From NCBI GenBank assembly GCA_028710605.1, contig JAQTTU010000008.1, positions 92,409 to 156,408 of the forward strand: a stretch of 64,000 bases of DNA, read 5' to 3'. Each line of letters opens with the position of its first letter. The first letter of the stretch is position 1. Shown one piece after another: positions 57,575-64,000 of the stretch. The position numbers and the translations under genes are program-made. The DNA is from Sideroxydans sp. GTDB lineage: Bacteria; Pseudomonadota; Gammaproteobacteria; Burkholderiales; Gallionellaceae. The notes beneath the pieces were generated by a model. The model did no database searches, was not told the origin of the DNA, and saw only the letters and a program-made list of their open reading frames with translations.

Positions 57575-59689
57575 TTGAGTCACTATAAAAAAACACTGAG
57601 CTACGGCAAACATCAATTGACGTTGGAAACCGGCGAAATCGCCCGTCAATCGAGCGGCGCAGTCATCGTCAGCCTGGACGACACCGTGGTGCTGGTCACC
57701 GTGGTGGGTCGCAAAGATGCCAAACCCGACCAGGATTTTTTCCCGCTGACTGTGGATTATCAAGAGCGCACTTACGCCGCCGGCAAGATTCCCGGCAGTT
57801 TCTTCAAGCGTGAGGGTCGCCCCAGCGAAAAAGAAATTTTGACCTCGCGTCTGATCGACCGTCCGCTGCGTCCGCTGTTCCCCGAAAGTTTCTACAACGA
57901 AGTGCAGATCGTGGCCACCGTGATGTCGTCCGATCCGCAAATCGATTCCGATATTCCTTCCATGATTGGCGCTTCCGCTGCTCTGGCGATTTCCGGCATC
58001 CCGTTCGACGGCCCCATCGGCGCGGCGCGCGTGGGTTATGCCAACGGCCAATATCTGTTGAACCCGACCAAAGACGAACTGGTCACTTCGCAGATGGATC
58101 TGGTGGTCGCCGGTACTTCCAAAGCGGTGCTGATGGTTGAATCCGAAGCGCAACAACTGTCCGAAGAAGTCATGCTGGGCGCGGTCGTGTTCGGCCACGA
58201 GCAAATGCAAGTGGTGATTAACGCCATCATCGAAATGGCAAACGAAGTGGGTCAAGACGATTGGGACTGGACTCCCGCGCCGAAGAACGAAGCGCTGATC
58301 GCCAAGATCGGCGCGCTGGCCGAAGCCGACCTGAAAGCCGCTTACGCCGTGCGTGAAAAACAAGCTCGTACCCATCAAGTGGAAGCGATTCGCTCCAAGG
58401 TCTCCGAAGCATTGGCGATACCGGAATTCGAGAACGTGTCCAAGAACGAAATCGGCGAATTGTTCAGCGCGCTGGAAGCCAAGATCGTGCGCGGCCAGAT
58501 TCTGAGCGGCGAACCGCGTATCGACGGACGCGACACGCGCACCGTGCGCCCGATCACCATCCGTACTGGCGTGCTGCCGCGTACCCATGGTTCGGTGCTG
58601 TTCACGCGCGGCGAGACGCAAGCCATCGTGGTGGCGACACTGGGTTCCATGCGCGACGCGCAAACCATCGACGCATTGCAGGGCGAGTATTCAGACCGCT
58701 TCATGCTGCACTACAACTTCCCTCCGTATGCCACCGGTGAAACGGGCCGTGTCGGTACACCCAAGCGCCGCGAAATCGGCCACGGTCGTCTGGCCAAGCG
58801 CGCGCTGGTCGCCGTGTTGCCGAGCGAAGAAGATTGTGGCTACGCCATCCGCGTGGTGTCCGAGATCACCGAATCCAACGGCTCCAGCTCCATGGCTTCC
58901 GTGTGCGGCGGCTGTCTGTCGATGATGGACGCAGGCGTGCCGCTGAAGACACACGTGGCCGGTATCGCCATGGGGCTGATCAAGGACGGCGGCCGTTTTG
59001 CCGTGCTGACCGACATCCTCGGTGACGAAGATCACCTGGGCGACATGGACTTCAAGGTGGCCGGTTCCGAGACGGGCATCACCGCGTTGCAGATGGACAT
59101 CAAGATCAACGGCATCACCAAGGAAATCATGCAGGTCGCTTTGAGCCAAGCCAAAGAAGGCCGCATGCACATCCTCGGCATCATGAAAGAAGCGATGCCT
59201 GCCGTGCGTCCCGAAGTTTCCGACTTCGCGCCGCGCATGATCAAGATGAAGATCAATCCCGAGAAAATCCGCGACGTGATCGGCAAAGGCGGCGCAGTGA
59301 TCCGCGCGCTGACCGAAGAAACCGGCACCACCATCGACATCGACGACGAAGGCAACATCACCATCGCTTGCGTCAACGGCGACGCGGGCGAACTGGCGAA
59401 GAAGCGCATCCAGGACATCGTGGCCGAAGTGGAAGTGGGCAAAGTGTACGAAGGTCCTGTGGTCAAGTTGCTGGACTTCGGCGCGCTGATCAACATCCTG
59501 CCGGGCAAGGATGGTCTGTTGCACATCTCGCAAATCTCGCACGAGCGCATCGCCAACGTGGCCGACCACCTGAAAGAAGGCCAAGTGGTCAAGGTCAAGG
59601 TGCTGGAGCTGGACGACAAAGGCCGCATGCGTTTGAGCATGAAGGCCTTGGTGCCGCAAGGTGACGCAGCAGCACCCGCAGCCCAGTAA
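57575..59689 (+). CDS. pnp: Polyribonucleotide nucleotidyltransferase (PNPase), probable UUG start
   Basis: (L/M)[24 protein letters not shown] aligns with the PNPase N-terminus. GGAG lies 9 nt upstream of TTG at 57575. Two RNase PH domains plus KH and S1. Confidence 0.93.
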   Translation: MSHYKKTLSYGKHQLTLETGEIARQSSGAVIVSLDDTVVLVTVVGRKDAKPDQDFFPLTVDYQERTYAAGKIPGSFFKREGRPSEKEILTSRLIDRPLRPLFPESFYNEVQIVATVMSSDPQIDSDIPSMIGASAALAISGIPFDGPIGAARVGYANGQYLLNPTKDELVTSQMDLVVAGTSKAVLMVESEAQQLSEEVMLGAVVFGHEQMQVVINAIIEMANEVGQDDWDWTPAPKNEALIAKIGALAEADLKAAYAVREKQARTHQVEAIRSKVSEALAIPEFENVSKNEIGELFSALEAKIVRGQILSGEPRIDGRDTRTVRPITIRTGVLPRTHGSVLFTRGETQAIVVATLGSMRDAQTIDALQGEYSDRFMLHYNFPPYATGETGRVGTPKRREIGHGRLAKRALVAVLPSEEDCGYAIRVVSEITESNGSSSMASVCGGCLSMMDAGVPLKTHVAGIAMGLIKDGGRFAVLTDILGDEDHLGDMDFKVAGSETGITALQMDIKINGITKEIMQVALSQAKEGRMHILGIMKEAMPAVRPEVSDFAPRMIKMKINPEKIRDVIGKGGAVIRALTEETGTTIDIDDEGNITIACVNGDAGELAKKRIQDIVAEVEVGKVYEGPVVKLLDFGALINILPGKDGLLHISQISHERIANVADHLKEGQVVKVKVLELDDKGRMRLSMKALVPQGDAAAPAAQ

Positions 59690-59709
59690 TCAAGCAACAG
59701 AAGTGAATC

Positions 59710-59738
59710 AAGCCCCGCCGAGCGCGGGGCTTTTTTTT
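59710..59738 (+). terminator. Intrinsic terminator after pnp
   Basis: GCCCCGC CGAGC GCGGGGC followed by T8. Confidence 0.8.
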
Positions 59739-59808
59739 GCCTGAAAAATTGTTACGCCACACTGGACTGTCGCTGTTTATCTTCCAAGTTTAAATAAAAA
59801 AGTTTAAT

Positions 59809-60018
59809 ATGGCCTGCGTGCTCAACAAACAAGGGGCTGCGGTGAAACAAAGCGAATTTGTGAGATGGTTGCGTAGCCAAGGTGCAACCTTCAAAGATGG
59901 CACGAAACACATGAAGGTATATCTGAACGGTGAGATGAGCCACTTGCCAAGGCATCCATCGGCAGAACTTAAAACAGGATTGGTCGAAGGCGTGAAAAAG
60001 CAACTGAAATTGAAGTAA
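59809..60018 (+). CDS. hicA: HicA-family mRNA interferase toxin
   Basis: KQSEFVRWLRSQGATFKDGTKHMKVYLNGEMSHLPRHPSAELKTGLVEGVKKQL. The more likely start is GTG at 59842, preceded by an AAGGGG SD. Confidence 0.8.
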   Translation: MACVLNKQGAAVKQSEFVRWLRSQGATFKDGTKHMKVYLNGEMSHLPRHPSAELKTGLVEGVKKQLKLK

Positions 60019-60098
60019 GACAAGCTCCGCAAGAGGGCCTGGTGAAATGGCAATACACACCGGAGCTGAAAATTTAGCACCGAGAAAACGAGGAAAAT

Positions 60099-60515
60099 AT
60101 GCGATACCCGGCACGTTTTAAACCGGCAGAAGAAGGCGGCTTTGTAGTCACCTTCCGCGACATTCCAGAAGCAATCACCCAAGGCGATACAGAAGCCGAA
60201 GCGATGGAGATGGCGGAGGATGTGCTTTACAGTTCAATGGAGTTTTATTTTGAGAGTAAACGCCCCGTGCCATTGCCCAGCGCGGCAAAGCGCGGCGAGA
60301 AATTGGTCGAGCTGCCTCCCAGCGCGTGGGCAAAAGTGCTGCTGTTGAATGAAATGCTTGCACAGCGTGTGACCCCCAGCGAACTGGCACGCCGCTTGCA
60401 CACCACACCGCAGAATATGAACAAGGTGATCGACCTCGGGCATGTGACCAAAATTGATATGCTGAATCAGGCGATGGTGGCAATGGGCAAGCGGCTGGAA
60501 GTTGTGGTGGCATAG
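60099..60515 (+). CDS. hicB: HicB-family antitoxin with C-terminal HTH
   Basis: RYPARFKPAEEGGFVVTFRDIPEAITQGDTEAEAMEMAEDVL, with C-terminal ..VTPSELARRLHTTPQNMNKV.. Confidence 0.85.
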   Translation: MRYPARFKPAEEGGFVVTFRDIPEAITQGDTEAEAMEMAEDVLYSSMEFYFESKRPVPLPSAAKRGEKLVELPPSAWAKVLLLNEMLAQRVTPSELARRLHTTPQNMNKVIDLGHVTKIDMLNQAMVAMGKRLEVVVA

Positions 60516-60592
60516 CCGGGCATTTCCGTCGCAACAACACACTGGCCTACGTCCCCGCAATATTCCGCTCGGGAGTTCGATAAACTTGCGAT

Positions 60593-61282
60593 ATGGTTTC
60601 GCTCAAATACCCATCGTCTGTCCGGCAAGTCGCAGCGGCGCTGAAAACGCGCTACCGCGACTTCAACCACTACAACCTCAAAGACCCGCTGGACGAATTG
60701 CTGTTCATCATTTGCAGCACAAAAACTGGCGAAGCGAGCTACCGCAATACATATCGTTCGCTGAAAGAATCCTTTCCCACCCACCTGCGAATCGCCGAAG
60801 CGCCCGCCGAATATATTGCGCGGCCTATCGCCAGCGGCGGATTGTCGAACCAGAAGTCCCGCGCCATACGCGAACTGCTCGACATCGTCGTGGACAAATT
60901 CGGCGAGCCGACGTTGAAGCATTTGCACAAGATGAGCGATGCGGAGGCCGAGAAGTTTTTGCTGTCGCTGCCGGGTGTCGGCAAGAAAGTGGCGCGATGC
61001 GTTTTGATGTATTCGCTGGACAGGCAGGTTTTCCCTGTCGATACCCATTGCTGGCGGATCGCCAGGCGGCTGGGCTGGGTCAGGCCGACGCAAAAAGATA
61101 GGCACTGCGCGCCGCGCGACATGGATAGGTTGCAATCCAAAATCCCGCCCGAACTGCGTTACTCGTTGCACGTGAACATGATTTCTCTCGGGCGCGAGAT
61201 TTGCGCGCCAACTGCGCCACGCTGCGATGAATGCCCAATAGCAGCATGGTGTCGCAGGATTGGAATACGGCAGGCAAAATAG
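60593..61282 (+). CDS. Endonuclease III-like HhH-GPD DNA glycosylase with 4Fe-4S loop
   Basis: HhH LPGVGKKVARCVL (Lys at the Nth catalytic position), VDTH Asp, and cluster C-x6-C-x2-C-x5-C (CAPTAPRCDECPIAAWC). Confidence 0.8.
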   Translation: MVSLKYPSSVRQVAAALKTRYRDFNHYNLKDPLDELLFIICSTKTGEASYRNTYRSLKESFPTHLRIAEAPAEYIARPIASGGLSNQKSRAIRELLDIVVDKFGEPTLKHLHKMSDAEAEKFLLSLPGVGKKVARCVLMYSLDRQVFPVDTHCWRIARRLGWVRPTQKDRHCAPRDMDRLQSKIPPELRYSLHVNMISLGREICAPTAPRCDECPIAAWCRRIGIRQAK

Positions 61283-61300
61283 TGAATGTGGCCGCAAGTT

Positions 61301-61362
61301 AATAAATACACCATTCTCCATGATGTTCATTACGTAGAACGCCTATTGACGGGCGTTGCGGG
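61301..61362 (+). repeat. GTAG-65 dispersed repeat, copy 7
   Basis: AATAAATACACCATTCTCCATGATGTTCATTACGTAGAACGCCTATTGACGGGCGTTGCGG. It marks the switch to AT-rich DNA. Confidence 0.85.
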
Positions 61363-61525
61363 GTAGGTTGTAGGCGAAATCAACAGTAAATGAGGAGGTC
61401 TATATATTCTTGCTCGTGGAAAGTCCCTAGCTTTGCTGTTAGATTGAGCGGGTGAATGAGCGATGATGCTGGGAAAAAAGTATTCTGAATCCGACCCAAT
61501 AATCTCGTTAATAGTTATTACATTT

Positions 61526-63568
61526 ATGGAAGCCAATATGAGCGACGAAGCTGTTTATTACCGCATTGGTACAGGTGACTATGCTGTATCAATTAATATT
61601 GATACAGCAAAGCCGTTAGAAGTATTCCATGTTGGAAATTTACAAATTAGTGATGGTATTCACGTTGTAAATCAAGATGAGCTATCTAAACTTGGCATGC
61701 TTACCCCCCCCTCTAAGGGAAAATACACGCTACTCAGCAAAGGAAAAATACTCGCGTTTGAAAAACTGCAGGGTGGTATACGCCTATCTCAAACATTGCG
61801 CAACGAAGTATTTGAAGAGCGTACTGTTAGAGTTGCTGAGCAATTTAGGCGGCGAATGTGGGGGAAGCTTATTGATTGTGTTTACTCGAAAAATACTGGT
61901 GTTGAGGAGGTATTAAACCAACTTATTACACATACCTTTTCGGATCATTATTCCCTTTGGCTATATAACGAACATACTCAGCATTTTCACTTGCACTGCG
62001 CTTCATTTCCATCTGATGCCCAGTATGTTCCTGCCGACAATGTTGATGCAACTTTGCGGGAGATGCTTGATGAAAAGAATCAATATATCCACAGAGCCAT
62101 CAAGTCCGAGCAAATTAATTCTAATCGCCTTAAAGATATGGTTTGGATTAACAGATACCGTATTGAAAAAGGAGCCGGATTAATTGCTGTAGTTTCATTT
62201 TATTCAAGGCATGATTCTTTTTCCTTTGCAGAAAGAATTAGTCAGATCATTCCTGAGATTATTTCCTCTAAACTCGAACGTGAATTCTCACCTTACTTAG
62301 ATAAGCACTTGCAAGTGAGAACTCTCGTAGAGAACTATTCACCTGGAAACCTTAAATCGTTCTTAAGTTCAAATTTACCAAAATTAACTAGCTTAATTGG
62401 ATGGGAATCAACTTCGGTTTTTTTGTTTGATGCAGAAATAGGATCTCTTACTCTATCTGCTCTTGCGATAAATGGCACAGAAGTCGAATGTCCTAAAGCA
62501 TCATATGATCTATCAACAAGTTCTTTGACCGGAAGTGTATATCTGGACTCCAAACTGGCTTTTTCATATGACATATCAAATGATCCAAGAAATTCCCATG
62601 GATTTGACGAGTCGACAAATTTGAATCCGGTTAATTGGGTTGGCGTTCCAATAGTCAGGCCAACAGAGTCGCCTGTTGGAGTGTTGCGAGTTAGAAACAA
62701 ACTTTCTGCAAACGGCGAGATAGTCCACTTCAATGTGTTTGACATTGATCTTTTGCAGAATATTGCGTCGATAATTGCATATTTATGTCACATTGAGGGG
62801 ACATTTAGAGGACGTGAGCAGGCAATTCAGGCAGACTTATCAAAGCAAGAAGCCGAGAATGAGCAACTAAGTGAATATATTAAAACTTTTAGGCACGAGC
62901 TTAAATCTCCCTTGACCGTTGTCACACAAGCATCAAACACTATCCGTCGTGCTTTGGCGCAATCAGGTATTTGTGATGAGGAGTTGTTACCAAAAAAAGT
63001 TAAAGATATTTTGTCTGACTTAGATATGGTTGGAAGTCGCCTTGTCTATGTCACGAGCGTTCTAACATTTGAAGCACAAGAACTCGTAAAAGATATTGAA
63101 GTAACTGGCTTGTTTCACGACATAGTCGCACCAGTACTTGCCTTTTCCATTCCTTATGCAAAGAACAGGGGACGCACTCTCAAAGTTGACAAAGATAGCT
63201 TATTCAATAATGTATATTGTGATTCGCAGGCCGCATCTATGGTATTTCATATGTTGATAGACAACGCAATTAAGTATTCAAAGCCAAATACAACAATAAC
63301 AATTAGAGGTGGCGCTTCAGAAACGTTATGTTCAATTTATATTGAAAGCTATGGCCTTCCGATTCTTCCAGAGGAAAAAGAATATATATTTCGCAGATAT
63401 TTTCGAGGTGCGCATGCTAAACAACAGAAGACGGATGGATCAGGAATTGGGCTTTATCTGGCACGGGAGATTATGAAACATAATCGTGGTGAAGTAATGC
63501 TCAAACGATTATCTTCGCCAACACTTTTTGTGCTTTCAATTGAAAGGGCCGGGAAGGAAAATAAATGA
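61526..63568 (+). CDS. Cytoplasmic sensor histidine kinase with large N-terminal sensory region (GAF-like domains)
   Basis: AT-rich gene with no TM segments. H-box FRHELKSPLT, N-box DNAIKYS, G-box DGSGIGLYLAREIM. Alternative starts at 61463 and 61538. Confidence 0.8.
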   Translation: MEANMSDEAVYYRIGTGDYAVSINIDTAKPLEVFHVGNLQISDGIHVVNQDELSKLGMLTPPSKGKYTLLSKGKILAFEKLQGGIRLSQTLRNEVFEERTVRVAEQFRRRMWGKLIDCVYSKNTGVEEVLNQLITHTFSDHYSLWLYNEHTQHFHLHCASFPSDAQYVPADNVDATLREMLDEKNQYIHRAIKSEQINSNRLKDMVWINRYRIEKGAGLIAVVSFYSRHDSFSFAERISQIIPEIISSKLEREFSPYLDKHLQVRTLVENYSPGNLKSFLSSNLPKLTSLIGWESTSVFLFDAEIGSLTLSALAINGTEVECPKASYDLSTSSLTGSVYLDSKLAFSYDISNDPRNSHGFDESTNLNPVNWVGVPIVRPTESPVGVLRVRNKLSANGEIVHFNVFDIDLLQNIASIIAYLCHIEGTFRGREQAIQADLSKQEAENEQLSEYIKTFRHELKSPLTVVTQASNTIRRALAQSGICDEELLPKKVKDILSDLDMVGSRLVYVTSVLTFEAQELVKDIEVTGLFHDIVAPVLAFSIPYAKNRGRTLKVDKDSLFNNVYCDSQAASMVFHMLIDNAIKYSKPNTTITIRGGASETLCSIYIESYGLPILPEEKEYIFRRYFRGAHAKQQKTDGSGIGLYLAREIMKHNRGEVMLKRLSSPTLFVLSIERAGKENK

Positions 63569-63957
63569 AAATTTTATTTATTGAAGATAATCCTGAATTC
63601 TCTTCCATCGTCGCAGAAATACTAAGGGATGCAGGCCATGATGTTGAAGTGATTAATAATGCGGACGACGCTGTTAACGCTTTGTTAAGGCATCAGGAAT
63701 TTGATTTAGTTATTCTTGACATCATGATGATGTTGGGAAAAACAATTAATGAAAAGGAAGCGCCGGAAACTGGTATTGCAATATATAAGAGACTTCGGAA
63801 ACTGAATACTAGTATTCGCGTACTTGTGCTTACTGCACTCACCAAAAAAGATATTTGGATTCACTTTTCTTCTGATCCCAAAGTTCAATATTTTGGGAAG
63901 CCAATTCCTAAAGATAATGCTAGATTTCTAGCTATGGTTGATGGTAACCCCCGATGA
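63565..63957 (+). CDS. Stand-alone receiver-domain response regulator
   Basis: 130 aa. ILFIEDN, phospho-acceptor LVILDIMMM, LTAL, YFGKP. ATGA overlap with the kinase gene. Confidence 0.85.
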   Translation: MKILFIEDNPEFSSIVAEILRDAGHDVEVINNADDAVNALLRHQEFDLVILDIMMMLGKTINEKEAPETGIAIYKRLRKLNTSIRVLVLTALTKKDIWIHFSSDPKVQYFGKPIPKDNARFLAMVDGNPR

Positions 63958-64000
63958 ATAAATCCATTCTGACATTTAAAGGTTTCATTTTTTGGTTCTC
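63954..64000 (+). CDS. 5' end of a third, translationally coupled ORF (runs off window)
   Basis: The ATG overlaps the receiver stop (ATGA). MNKSILTFKGFIFWF.. stays open to the window edge. Confidence 0.35.
   Translation, partial: MNKSILTFKGFIFWF

Overview
This is a chromosomal segment of about 55-60 % GC (judged by eye). Gene order looks betaproteobacterial: thrS-infC-rpmI-rplT-pheST-ihfA-merR-tRNA-Pro, rimP-nusA-infB-rbfA-truB, gloB-methyltransferase-rnhA-dnaQ, and rpsO-pnp. The housekeeping backbone is interrupted by small accessory insertions: a decayed MqsA-like antitoxin with a low-GC membrane ORF, a RAYT (IS200-like Y1 transposase) next to a truncated metzincin/cadherin gene beside tRNA-Val, a Phd/VapC module, a low-GC type II R-M pair, HicAB with an EndoIII-like gene, and an AT-rich island encoding a GAF histidine kinase and a receiver that runs off the 3' edge. 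Intergenic space holds at least four families of palindromic/REP-like repeats. The best candidate for an undescribed system is a tightly coupled five-gene operon at 17776-22674. It combines an Mla/MCE-type permease and MCE protein with a TPR lipoprotein and a CHASE2 class III cyclase. Its only ABC nucleotide-binding protein has lost every catalytic motif, and the cyclase carries substitutions at both transition-state residues. Other candidates are a translationally coupled LemA-TPM-TPM-CYTH/CHAD operon next to the A2M-PbpC pair, a DHAP-shunt-like mtnP/FucA-like aldolase/apt/mtnA cluster, and the repeat families, including hairpins whose arms are tandem 9-mers and an in-frame palindrome inside a flavoprotein gene. 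All coordinates were indexed by hand from the printed sequence. Repeat, promoter and terminator ends may be off by a few nt. No database or folding computation was run.
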